From Raja brachyura (lineage: Eukaryota): a DNA stretch of 64,000 nt. Under the pieces are notes generated by a model. That model searched no databases. It was given only the letters and a program-made list of their open reading frames with translations, and was not told the DNA's origin. The translations under genes and the position numbers were made by a program. Shown here one piece after another: positions 24,309 to 36,120 of the stretch. Position 1 is the stretch's first letter, and each line of letters begins with the position of its first letter. The stretch covers positions 34,286,001 through 34,350,000 of the forward strand of contig OY740786.1 of NCBI GenBank assembly GCA_963514005.1, in the 5' to 3' direction.

Positions 24309-25858
24309 CCCTCCGCTCCCAACCCTCGATCATAAATCAACTGGTAATTAAAGTCTCTTCAATCTTACTATAACAAGTCATTTCTCTGTTGTTGGTCCTG
24401 TGATTCCACACCGCTACTTTGAAGTATGTCGCGCATGCGTGCTGGCGGGTTCTTCACGAAATCCCTCATCGCAACTCCTCATAAAATAAAGATCAACCTT
24501 CGAACTGGCAAGTTCTCGTTTAATCTTACTATTCTAAACAATTGGGGAAATACAATGGGAGATATTTCTTCCGTCACTGGTAAGGCGCGAGTCTGGAACT
24601 CTATGATTACCAGGGTGACATAGATTAAAAACTGCATCAGCTTTAAAGGAAATCTGAATGATGGACTATAACTTTTGAGGCTATGGAGAAGTAAAGAAAT
24701 GAGTGAGTCCAAGTAACGTATTCAATTGACACAGAGACAATGAGCCAAAAGAACTACTGTACTATATATTTCTGACTCTATGGAAGAATTGTGCTATGAA
24801 GAATGCATTCAGATTTTAACATCTTTAAAAAAATATATAAAGCTGAGATTTTCTTTAATTGCCGAGTCTCAAAAGGCAGGCGAAAATGCATGATAAAGCC
24901 AAAGATATTATGGACTGAAGTTTGACAAAATTCTTTGTTTCAGTAATCTCTCACATGCACCATGATAGCTGAGCTAGATACCATAGCACGTTTTTCTGGA
25001 AAGCTAAACACATTCCTGCTAACATCACAAACGTCTCCCCTGCAAAGTAAATTAAATCATGCACTAACATATCAAGCTGGTGAAATCTAAAATATACCAG
25101 ACAATAGAGTAGACATCTGTGTGTAGGACATTCAGGGTCAAGATTAATGGTCTAAATAATGTGATGCATCTGACTGATTTCATTGATGTTCAATCCCCAT
25201 TCTGATGTAGAGGAAAAAGATAGAGGAAGACAGCGAGGATAATGGGGAGGAGAAGCGTTAAGCCTTAATACTTCCTCCTAACCATTAACAATTTGTGCAA
25301 TTGTAAAATACTGTTGCAATATTGATCCAATGGATGAATAATTTATGATTTATAGATTGGCAGAGATAATGATTGGACGCAGGATAAATATATTTTTAAA
25401 ACCCTGTTTGTGATATTTTTTAAGAACTACCACGTTGGGCTTTTCCACATTCTGATCAACCCGCGTTCAATTGAAAGATTAATGAGAATTGGCAAATGAA
25501 CTGGAAGTTTGGCAGGTGTAAAACTGCACTTGGAAAATTGGAAAGCATTTGGGAAGTAATAACAAAATATAGAAAATTTAATATGGCAAAGTGGCAGTGC
25601 CTTGCGGTTATTTCATTTTAAAAGCAGGTGATTTATTTCAAACTGCTGTGCTTTTTGGTAAACGGTTCACAATTGCAAACCTGCGCTTTGCGGGTTTATT
25701 GTAGCAAATTGGATCCACTGGAAAGACTCGGTTTCAATCCTTGATCTGTGCTGAAGGATAGTATTTTAAGATTATGAAAGGGTAGATGCAGAGGTGGTGG
25801 CGTGGGAAAGGCTTTGGAGGGCAAATTGAATAGTTCTAAAGGCAAGATAGTTACTATT

Positions 25859-26130
25859 AATGTGTATGAAGGATCTGCAGATGCTGGTTTAAACCAAAGA
25901 TAGACACAAAATGCTGGAGTAACTCAGCGTAACAGGCAGCACCACTGGAGAGAAGCAATGGGTGACGTTTCGGGTCGAGACACTTCCTCTGACTCTTTTC
26001 GGATCGAGACCCTTCCTCAGACTCAGACTGTGTAGTCTGAGGAAGGGTCTCGACCCGAAATGTCACCCAATCCTTCTCTGCAGAGATGTTGCCTGTCCCG
26101 TTGAGTTACTCCAGCATTTTGTGTCTATCT
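25859..26130. mobile_element. Palindromic Penelope-derived mini-element
   Basis: Inverted arms; 12-bp TSD ATAGTTACTATT at 25847-25858 and 26131-26142. Confidence 0.8.
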
Positions 26131-27401
26131 ATAGTTACTATTTATTTACAATCGGAATTCAGTATTCAGTATTCAGAATTCAGAAATCCAATTTGTAACC
26201 CAGATTCTTATAATTTATTATGAGATATGCCAGAGGAAAATGAAGAAGGGAGACAGCAATATGCTTTACTGGGTTAAGATACAAGGGCTGAGAGGAGGCT
26301 TGGGTGGGGCATAGACTTTGGCTTCAGGATCATGCAGGCTGAATGAACTACCTCTGTTCTTTTCAATGGTTGGAGCAGAGGTGTCATAATTGGCTTGTGT
26401 TCCTGGCCTCAAAGTGGGAACATTCACAGAGTTTCTATTTTTAACTACTACCTTTGCGAGTTTGTTGAAACATGTACATTTTGGTTCACTCTGGTACACC
26501 ACCGCTGACTCCCTTCATGCCACACAGATGAGCCACTTCACTGAAATGTTGAGAGATACTTAACACAGAGAGAATTGTACCTCGGCAGGTTTGGGGATCA
26601 AAGAAACATAGAAAATAAGTGCAAGAGTAGGCCATTCAGCCCTTCGAGCCAGCACCGCCATTCAATCTGATCGGCTGATCATCCAGAATCAGTACTGTGT
26701 TCCTGCTTTCTCCCCACACTCCTTGAATCCGTTAGCCCTAAGAGCTATATATAACTCCCCCTTGAATACATCCAGTGAATTAGCCTTCACTGCCTTCTGT
26801 GGCAGAGGATTTCATAGATTCACAACTGTCTGGGTGAAAAAGTTTTTCCTCATCTCAGTCCTGGATGGCCTACCCCTTATTCTTAAGGTTAATAGGTTTG
26901 AGTGCGTTTTAGGAGTGATGATAATTTCTACCTGGTTAAGAACTAATAATATTGATTTAGCAAGTGCAGTTTCCCAGAATTTATTTTGAAAAATTACACT
27001 TTATTATGGCAGCAAAATCCTATTGTGTTAAAAATAACAAATAGAGGCAGGAGTAGGCTACTCATCTCCTTATGCCTTCTTAGCCATTTAGTGAGATCAT
27101 GTCTGATCTTTCACTTCAGTACTACTTTGTGACATAGCACCATATCTCTTAGATATCAAGATCTATCTACCCTGGATAGATAGATCTGTATTTTGTGTTG
27201 AATAGTCATAGTCATGCAGCATTGAAACAGGCCTCTAAGCCCACTGTGTGTGTCCATCAAGTTCTTATTTACACAAATCCTAGTACTTTAAAAAAAGTCC
27301 CCATATTCCTCTAGACTTCACTCCCCACCCCTCCCCCCATTCACCTATCTCTCTCTCACTTACAAATTAGGGTCACTTTACAGTGGTGAATTTATCTACT
27401 A

Positions 27402-27907
27402 CAGGTCCACCACCGGTTTTCTGGCTACTGGTGGTCCGCACCACCTTAAGAGATTACGTAATTATGAAAGCAGAGTTAATAAACCCCCTCCCCCGAAAAT
27501 ATGGCACCAACACCGGATGATGCGGCCAATATCTACCTCATTTGAACTTCCGCGTCGCTCGACAGCTCGATTTTGCCCCCCTGCGGCCAGGGCTCTAGAA
27601 CTCCAGCCTGGCCGGAGACTGCAGATCCGTTCCCATAGCTGACTTTCGCAGTCGATTGGTGGGTCAAATTTGCCCCCTTCAACCGGGGCTCTGGAACTCC
27701 TGCCCAGCCAGAGCCGGCAGATCTGTTCACATAGCCGACTTCCAAGGCAGACTTTGCGGGCCAATATCTCGGCTCCTTGACTGCCTAGATGGACCATTCC
27801 ATTACCATTGGACTCCTTTTGGAGGTCATGACCTCTGTGGTCTGGGGAAATGGATAATCCAAAAAGTCTCTGGAAACAAGGATGCTGGAAAATTGGTGGT
27901 GGACCTG
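27402..27907. mobile_element. Tc1/pogo-like MITE inserted in a V-SINE
   Basis: TIR CAGGTCCACCACC..TTTTC at both ends; TA on the left and CA on the right; flanked by the two halves of a minus-strand SINE. Confidence 0.65.
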
Positions 27908-28619
27908 CATTTATCTTTGGGATGCGGGAGGAGACAAGAGTACCCTGAGAAATGCACACATTCATGCAGAGAGCATGCAAACTCCACACAGGCAACACCT
28001 GAGTTCAGGATTGAACATAGGTCACTGGAGCTGTGAGGTTGCAGCTCCGCCAGTTGTACTAGTCCTGCTGTGTGATGCCTCATTGTTGATACTGAATCAT
28101 CAATTGTTGATACTGAATCATCAAATCACTTTCAGCAACTTTATCCTATTTGATTTACATCATGGGAGTTCCCCTTGCCACGGGTTCCAGGTAATCCCAT
28201 GCTACCTGCTCCATGGTCAGATTGTTGATGACTAAACCGTCTCCCCCACCTGGTATGCCAGGTGAAGAGGGGGCTGTAGACCCCCTTCAGGTCCAAAAAC
28301 AAGACCTGTCAAAGGGCAGATGAGCTTCTAGTGAGCCAACGGCCATCCACATTTCAGTAGAAGTTGCAATCAGTGTCGTACATAGCATTGTAAGGAATAA
28401 AAAGCACACACACCAAAATCCTATACTTCCAGCGGCGGAAGTCTGCAAGAACTGGAGGACAGATTTGTGTGATGCGTCCATCACCGTTCCCGTCAGAAAC
28501 CAGCACCACTGCGTCGCTAATGTTTTCAACGATGATGAATGAATGAGGAGACTGGAGAGGTAGTATTTACTGTCTTAAAGCAATGTGAAGCAATTCAATA
28601 TCATGCTTTTCATTAGAGG

Positions 28620-28945
28620 AGAGGTTGTTTCCACTAGTGGGAGAGTCTAGGACCAGATTGACAGCCTCAGAATAAAAGGACTTACCTTTAGAAAGAAGAT
28701 GAGGAGGAATTTCATAAGTCAGAGAGTGGTGAATCTGTGGAATTCATTGCCACTGAAGGCAGTGGAGGCCAAGTCAATGGATATTTTTAAGGTGAAGATT
28801 GACAGATTCTTCATTAATACGGGTGTCAGGGGTTACGGGTAGAATGGGGTTGAGAGGGAAAGATAGATCAGCCATGATTGAATGGCGGAGTAGACACGAT
28901 GGGCCAAATGGCCTAATTCCGCCCCAATAACATGAATTTATGAAC
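28620..28945 (+). mobile_element. CR1 3' fragment (others at about 12630-12780, 26605-26890, 34690-34905, 39600-39835, 55470-55615, 57340-57670, 57985-58380, 59220-59530, 62180-62470)
   Basis: Shared motifs gtgaatctgtggaattc, gatcagccatgattgaatggcgg and gggccgaatggcctactcctgc. Confidence 0.75.
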
Positions 28946-29087
28946 TTAATCGATAACCAATAGCAGAGAGGTCTATAACCAGATGTTGCAGAATTAAGAC
29001 AATTATCTAAAAGGGTGAGAGAAGCAAATTTCTTAGTTTTTTCATTTGCGCTCAGTAAAGTCATGGTCTGGAATGCAGCACGTGTAA

Positions 29088-29387
29088 AGCCCCTGTCCCA
29101 TTTTCCCGAGTTACTCATGAATTCTCCCGAGTTTTCCCCTTGATTCAAACTCGGAGAATGTCCGTAGCGAGTCTGTAGGAGTCCGTAGATATTTCGTAGC
29201 GACTCGTAATGCCAGCCGTAGGTACTCGGGGCATCAGGTAAGTCGAGACGTTTTTTTCAGCACGTTGAAAAATGTCTACGAGTAAACAAAATAGCCCCGA
29301 GTACCTACGGCTGGCATCTCCGAGATTGAATCAAGGGGAAAACGTGGGAGAATTCATGAGTAACTCGGCAAAGTGGGACAGGGTTCT
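29088..29387. mobile_element. PIF/Harbinger-like MITE
   Basis: TIRs (CCCTGTCCCA.TTT.CCGAGTTACTCATGAATTCTCCC) with TAA and TTA flanks. Confidence 0.75.
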
Positions 29388-31080
29388 TTAGGAAAACTGG
29401 AAGTACATTTACAGCTAACTTTTAATTGGGAACTGGATGAATAGCTTGCAGGGATAATCATTGTTTATGGCTGAGGACTCCCATCATGTATAATACAAAT
29501 ACAAGGGGTTTGGTCATTAGATGGCTCTCTCTGTGTCTTGGCACAACACAAAGGGCCAAATGGTCTCCTTCTATGCTGTGCCATTAGGATAGGGCAAGGG
29601 TGAAAAAAATAAAGCCATGTTAAAAATGGTTAAAAAGACTGATTCCTTCTCTCCAGAGATGCTACCTGTCCCGCTGAGTTACTTCAGCTTTTTATGTCTA
29701 TCTTCGGTTTAAACCAGCATCTGCAGTTCCATCCTAGACGTGCGTGTCTTGTCTTTTTTTGTTATGACTGTATGGCAAACTAAATTCCTCGTATGTTTTG
29801 CAAAACATACTTGGCTAATAAATTATGATTATTATTAGATTATGACATGAATGGTAAATCAAATTTCACTGTACCTTAAATGGTACACGTGACAATAAAG
29901 GACCATCGAACCATGGACGATCTTCCAGCACCATCTACCTTAATTTCCCGAATATCTGACAATCTATCCTTCTTTGTTTTGAATGAATGCAATGACTGAA
30001 TCTCCATAGCCGTCTTGGGTAGAGAAATCCAAAGGTTCAGCATCCTCTGTTTAAAGTCCTAATCTCAGTCCTAAGCAGCCTGCCCTTATTCTGAGACTGC
30101 GTCCCCCGGTTCTTAGCCAAGGAAGACATCCATGAAGCCTTTTAGGAATTTTTACATTTTGATGGGTTCTCATTCTTTGAGTCCTGAGAAATAGCTACGG
30201 ATAGTAGCTGCTGGAATTTTAAATTTCGTCCTGGTTTAGAAGGTGGTGGTTTTAGGTGGAGGTGTTCAGAAGGTGTACTGATCTCTAATCCACTGGCCCT
30301 TCCACCTTCTCCAGATGCTGGTTGCTTATTGTGACCCTTGGCTTCAGTGGAGGCCGACATCTCCCAGCCTGATGCGATGGCTGGCAGCCGCTAAAAAAAA
30401 ATACCATTCAGACAGCTGAATAGCAGGACACCTCCGGCTGAGTGCGACCCTGGAAAGCTTCTGGCTCTGGCTCTGGCTCAGCCTTGGAATCTAGAGAAGG
30501 GAGCATGAACGCAGAATTTACTACAGTGGATTGGTGATAGGGTGATGATTTATTGCTTCTTAAACTAAAACATAGGCCACAGTTTTGTGCTGAGAGTGGG
30601 AGAGTGAATGGGAGTGATTAACATAAATTCCAACTGGATATGCCAGAGGTAATCTTTGCTTGGAAGTGGACAAGCCATTAGCGTATGAAGAATGTGAGTA
30701 GAGGATGGCAAGTTTATATTTCCTTACAACATAGAATTAGACTATTTGGGCCATTAAGTTTATTTTGGTTCCCAGAGAAATCCCATCAATCCTATGTTCC
30801 CACTTTTTTGTCCCTGTAACTTAGAAACATAGAAACATAGAAATTAGGTGCAGGAGTAGGCCATTCGGCCCTTCGAGCCTGCACCGCGTAACTTACTAGA
30901 GTTATAGGGGTCAAGGAAAGAGTGAACACTGTTTCCACCAATCTTTCCACCACTACGCAGAAGAAGCACAAAAAGCGCAAGACGCCATTGTATGCAGATG
31001 TGGAGAAGTGTGTTTAGCTCTGGGTGAACAATTTCTAAGCGTGATGTGGACTTGATAAGAAGATTAGAATTATAGAGTTA

Positions 31081-32738
31081 CAGTGGATTGCAAAAGTATT
31101 CATACACCTTGAACTATTCCACATTTTGTCGCGTTACAACCACAAATGTAAATGTATTTTATTGGGATTTTATGTGATAGACCAACACAAAGTGGTGTAT
31201 AATTGTGAAGTGGAAGGAAAATTATACATGGTTTCCAAATTTTATTACAAATAAAAAATTGAAAAGTGTGGCGTGCAAATGTATTCTGCCCCCCTGTGTC
31301 AATACGTTGTAGCCATCTTTCACTGCAATTACAGATGCAAGTCTTTTGGGGTATGTCTCTACCAGCTTTGCACATCTAGAGACTGAAATGTTTGCCCATT
31401 GTTCTTTGCAAAATAGCTCAAGCTCAGTCAGATTGGATGGAGAGCGTCTGTGAACAGCAATTTTCAAGTCTTGCCAGAGATTCTCAATTGGATTTAGGTC
31501 TGGACTTTGACTGGGCCATTCTAACACATGAATCTGCTTTGATCTAAACCATTCCATTGTAGCTCTGGCTGTATGTTTAGGGTTGTTGTCCTGCTGGAAG
31601 GTGAACCTTCACTCCAGTCTCAAGTCTTCTGCAGACTCTAACAGGTTTTCTTCCAAGATTGCCCTGTATTTGGCTCCGTCCATCTTCCCATCAACTCTGA
31701 CCAGCTTCCCTGTCCCTGCTGAAGAAAAGCATCCCCACAGCATGATGCTGCCACCACCATGTTTCACAGTGGGGATGGTGTGTTCAGGGTGATGTGCAGT
31801 GTTAGTTTTCCGCCACACATAACGTTTTGCATTTAGGCCAAAAACTTTAATTTTGGTCTCATCAGACCTGAGCACCTGCCTCCACATGTTTGCTGTGTCC
31901 CCCACATGGCTTGTGGCAAACTGCAAATGGGACTTCTTATGGCTTTGTTTCAACAATGGCTTTCTTCTTGCCACTCTTCCATAAAGGTCCGATTTGTGGA
32001 GTGCACGACAAAAATAGTTGTCTTGTGGACAGACTAATAGTTGTCTTGTGGACAACTAATAGTTGTCTTGTGGACAGATTCTCCCACCTGAGCTGTGGAT
32101 CTCTGCAGCTCCCCCAGAGTTACCATGGGCCTCTTGGCTACTTTTATGATCAATGCTCTCCTTGCCCGGCCTGTCAGTTTAGGTGGACGGCCATGTCTTG
32201 GTAGGTTTGCAGTTGTGCCATACTCTTTCCATTTTTGGATGATGGATTGAACAGTGCTCCGTGAGATGTTCAAAGCTTGGGGTATTTTTTTATAACCTAA
32301 CCCTGCTTTAAACTTCTCCACAACTTTATCCCTGACCTGTCTGTTGTGTTCCTTGGGCTTCATGATGCTGTTTGTTCACTAATGTTCTCTAACAAGCCTC
32401 TGAGGCCTTCACAGAACAGCTGTATTTATACTGAGATTAGATTACACACAAGTGGACTCTATTTACTAATTAGGTGACTTCTGAAGGCAATTGGTTGAAC
32501 TGGATTTTATTTAGGGGTATCAGAGTAAAGGGGGCTGAACACTTTTGCACGCCACACTTTTCAGTTTTTTATTTGTAAAAAAAATTTAAAAACCATGTAT
32601 CATTTTCCTTCCACTTCACAATTATGCTTTGTGTTGGTCTATCACATAAAATCCCAATAAAATACATTTACGTTTATGATTGTAACGTGACAAAATGTGG
32701 AAAAGTTCAAGGGGTATGAATACTTTTGCAAGCCACTG
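31081..32738 (-). mobile_element. Tc1/mariner DD34E transposon, Passport-like, full length but inactivated
   Basis: TA flanks both ends (31079-80, 32739-40). Inverted repeats of about 200 bp begin CAGTGG.TTGCAAAAGTATTCATAC. The transposase reads MKPKEH..QVRDKVVEKFKAGLGYKKI, GRPPKL, VARRKPLL, SDETK, QQDN-(34 aa)-E and [15 protein letters not shown]. It is broken by a tandem triplication (32013-32078), a TGA at 31609-31611 and a 3' frameshift. Confidence 0.93.
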
Positions 32739-34237
32739 TATACAGCAGAGATATGACTCTTGGCCCCACCGTGTGCATGCCAACCTTTTTGTCCACCTTT
32801 ATTGGACAATATACATAACCTCTACCAGAGGCAGTTTACAGTAGCCAATGACCCAACTGAGCTGCCTACATCTTAAGGTCATGAGAGGAAATCAATGGGT
32901 TTTTTTAAATCAAAGTTGGTCAAAGAGATGGGTTCTAGAATGCACATTAAAGGAGAAAGAAGCACCAAGAGGGAGGTTGAGGGAAAAAATCCAAAACATT
33001 ATGGGGGATTGATTAAAATAGAGATCCATAGGAGGCAAGAATTGGAAGAACACAGAAATGCAGAATTTAGAAAAGAATGCAGAGACTGAGCGGGACAAGG
33101 CTAAGCGTCCACTTGAAGGTATAGATGAGAATGTTAAAATCTGCAGCCTAAAAACTCTAGGGAAGTCACATGGAGCGAGTGCAGTGAACACATAGACAGT
33201 ACCAGGTTGAGGCTGAATCTCTGGAGCTTTGTGCTACCTACACTACCTGCAGGTACATTAACACCATCCCTCTAAAGAGTTTGTGAACAGAAGAACAGTG
33301 TGGAAGGAAAAAGAGGAAAGAGACAGCCATTGCATTTTGTGTTTGCTATTCTGCAGCCAGCAGCTACGATACAGGAACCCGTGGCATCTGTCCAATATAC
33401 TTGCCACATGGACCTAGTGGTGCTCTTTAGTCATCGGCAGCCACATTAACAAATTCACTCGTGTTCACTACAACCGGGTAATGTTATTTACTAGTTTCAA
33501 CCTTTACAGTCCCTGCAGATACTAATTTTAGAAGAATTTCATGACGTGATCTGTGTATTTCTCTCTAAACCATTCACTCACCATGATCCCACTTGCCAAT
33601 TTCAAGACATCAGCTTGCATGAGTCTCTTTTTCAAAGAATGGAGCCACAGTTTAAAAATGTACTCCCACAATACAAAATATCTCTCTTCTCTTCCTTGTA
33701 TATAATTAAGCACAACTAAAATTATGTCAACTGTGAACTTTGGTCATCCTTCACGACTGTGGATGGAAACAATTAACATGCAAAACATCAATCAAGGAGC
33801 ACATTTATAGGATGATATCATGAAAGAAATATGTATCACATCACCAAACAGGCTGCCTTCTGCAACAGCAACTCGGAGTGGTGTACTTGCAACCGTCTAA
33901 GTGAGAATCTTTCATTTGTTATCTTGATTTATTTTCTGCACTGCTTGACGTTCAGTGCAGCTATAACCTTCTCTAGAGTGATTTTCAAGGCATCTGCTGC
34001 CGAATGATTTAAGGCGGCTTTCGCAGGGACTGTGGAGAGAGGGAGGGAGTGAAACAAATGAGAAATGCTCCTCAACGGTTGCTTTTTATTCAACGTGAGA
34101 TTTGCCAAAATCAGCGGCCATAAAAAGCTACCGCAGAGCTAAGATTTGCTGAAATACAGAAGATGACACTTCAGTCGCCCTGATCATCCTGTGCCCACAG
34201 CTGCTAAATCTTTAAACCAGGGCTGTTGATAAGCAGA

Positions 34238-34545
34238 AGTGGCACAGCGATAGAGTTGTTGCCTTCCAGTGCCAGAGACCCGGGTTCGATCCTGACTCCA
34301 GGTGCTGGCTGTATGGAGTTTGTACGCTCTCCCTGTGATCTGCGTGGGTTTTCTCCGGGTGCTCCAGTTTCCTCCCACACTCCAAAGACGTACAGGTTTG
34401 TAGGCCGATTGGCTTGGTAAAATTGTAAATTGTCCCTAGTATGTGTAAAATAGTGTTAGTGTGCGGGGATTGCTGGTCGGCGCGTACTCGTGGGCCGAAG
34501 GACTCGTTTCTCTGCTGTATCTCTAAACTAAAACTGAACTAAACA
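34238..34545 (+). mobile_element. tRNA-derived V-SINE (HE1-like); other copies at about 9525-9735(+), 11367-11665(+), 12135-12410(-), 16130-16455(+), 27910-28050(-), 39840-40145(-), 41777-42080(+), 51525-51812(+)
   Basis: Pol III A box (TGGCACAGCG.TAG), B box (GGTTCGATCC), V-domain tggagtttgtacg.tctccc.gtg...ggtttcctcccacac, CR1-like 3' tail and (aaact)n end. Confidence 0.85.
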
Positions 34546-35397
34546 GCGCTTCAGGGATGTCGGGGAAGAACAGAATGGTAACTCTGCCGCTGCGCCATTT
34601 TCCCGCACCTTAAACTTGAGATTTGAACATAAAAAATGTTAAAGTGGAAATCATGCCAGTTTTGTTTGAGGTCATAGCTGGCAATATTATGTAATTCTTT
34701 GCCACAGAAGGCTGGGGTGGCTAAGTCAATGGACAATTTTAAGGCAGAGATAGATAGATTATTGATTAGTACGGGTGTCAGGGGTTATGGGGAGAAGTCA
34801 GGGGAATTTGGTTAGGAGGGAGAGATAGATCAGCCATGATTGAATGGCAGAGTAGATTTGATGGGCTGAATGGCCTAATTCTGCTCCTATCAATTATGAA
34901 GCTATGAACAATATCCCAACTTGACTAGCCATGATACACTGGGCAGGTCAATACTGCAGATCCTGATTCCTCTGTGCCAAGTCACGAGAGGGATGCATTA
35001 CTGCTTCAACTGTTGGGACCTCTTTGTAGGTTTGACCTCCATTGGCAAGTGAGTAATGGTGAGGAGCAGAGTGCATTCCTAATGCCTGCTGTTACACCGT
35101 GCCATCCGGGATCAGCATGTGGCATCTTTGTAATGGGTTCTCAGCTTTAAACAAGAAGGATTTACCAGATAAATTATTACCCTGGCACTCGTGGCAGTGC
35201 CCACTCACACTGCTTCACACACAGCAAGCTTGGTGTCAGTGCACTCACATTGCTGCACACACACTGCTGCACCAAGTGATTGTCATAGGTTAGTGCACAC
35301 TCACACTGCTGCACATACACTGGCTATGTGCCAGTGCACACTCACAATGCTGCACACACACTACTCAAGAGAGTGGGCTCTGTGTATCAGTACACAC

Positions 35398-35934
35398 CAG
35401 GGCTGCCAACTCTCACGCATTGAGCGGGAGACTCACGCATTTTGCCAAATTCTCACTCTCACACTAATCTCAAATTTCTCATGCTCTGTCGTGAGAAATT
35501 CTGTGGTCAACGAGAATTTCAAAACATATCAACTGCATGGGCTGCGGGTGTCGTATAACCGGGGCTGAGGGACGGATGGAAGCAGAAGCAGTGGTGGGGA
35601 CAGATGCGGATGGGAGCCGGGGCTGGCGAGTGTTTGCCAGGCTGGCGAGTCGCTCGCTGCAGCCCCGGCCATGAAGCAGCCGCAGTGCATGAGTCCCGGG
35701 TTGTCAGAGGCGTCAGAAGTGATGCACCGCTGCCGTGAGAGTCTCTGTGCCGAATTCGCCCAGGTGACCGGCATGGATCAGGCTGCGGCTCGGTGTATCC
35801 TAGAGGGCAACCAGTGGCTGCTGGAAGTAGGTACCAAGCACTGGGTAGAAACGGTGAAAGATAGTGGCCTTCAATTGGAGGTGGTTGGAGAAAGCATCCT
35901 GCTTGCCTGCTAGATTTTCACTTACTGTAACTGC
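35398..35934 (+). mobile_element. Truncated non-autonomous DNA transposon (hAT-like left end) carrying a gene fragment
   Basis: Begins CAGGGCTGCCAACTCTCACGCA, followed by repeated (T)CTCAC(G) subterminal motifs. This resembles hAT-Tip100-type termini. No matching right TIR was found; the sequence runs into a CR1 fragment at about 35935. Confidence 0.5.
35576..35826 (+). pseudogene. TDP2: TDP2-like exon 1 fragment (UBA-like domain), followed by a GT donor
   Basis: RESLCAEFAQVTGMDQAAARCILEGNQWLLE aligns by eye with the TDP2 UBA-like segment RRLLCVEFASVASCDAAVAQCFLAENDWEME. It ends at GAA|GTAGGT (GT at 35827-28). An upstream ATG at 35576 joins the frame after a 1-nt indel. Confidence 0.7.
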
Positions 35935-36120
35935 AGGTAACTGTTCCCGATGTTGGGGGAGTTCAGAACCAAGGGTCACAGTTTAAGAATAAAGGGTAGG
36001 CCAGTTAGGACTGAGATTATTACCCTGGCACTCGTGGCTGTGCCCATTCACACTGCTTCACACACAGCCAGCTTGGTGTCAGTACACTCACATTGCTGCA
36101 CACACACAGTTAGGACTGAG

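Larger units (their letters stand above)
19179..24533 (+). mobile_element. DIRS1-like tyrosine-recombinase retrotransposon, structurally complete
   Basis: Gag-like, RT/RNaseH/MTase and YR ORFs overlap. A 36-bp ITR pair lies at 19206-19241 and 24425-24460. The internal complementary region 24196-24308 is the reverse complement of both termini. The trinucleotide ATT sits at both ends (19179-81, 24531-33). Confidence 0.95.

Noticed and set aside
28082-28123. 21-bp tandem duplication (also a 20-bp one at about 59045-59087)
   Set aside because: These are ordinary local slippage duplications with no further structure.
32013-32078. Short direct repeats as a CRISPR-like array
   Set aside because: There are no unique spacers; it is a tandem duplication inside a eukaryotic transposase.
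34238-34300. tRNA-like A and B boxes as tRNA genes
   Set aside because: They are heads of V-SINEs, followed by the V-domain and a LINE-derived tail; there is no complete cloverleaf.
35671-35913. Functional TDP2 gene at this locus
   Set aside because: No downstream TDP2 exons (RALNSYF, EEP domain) were recognised. There is an upstream frameshift, and the sequence is truncated by LINE fragments.
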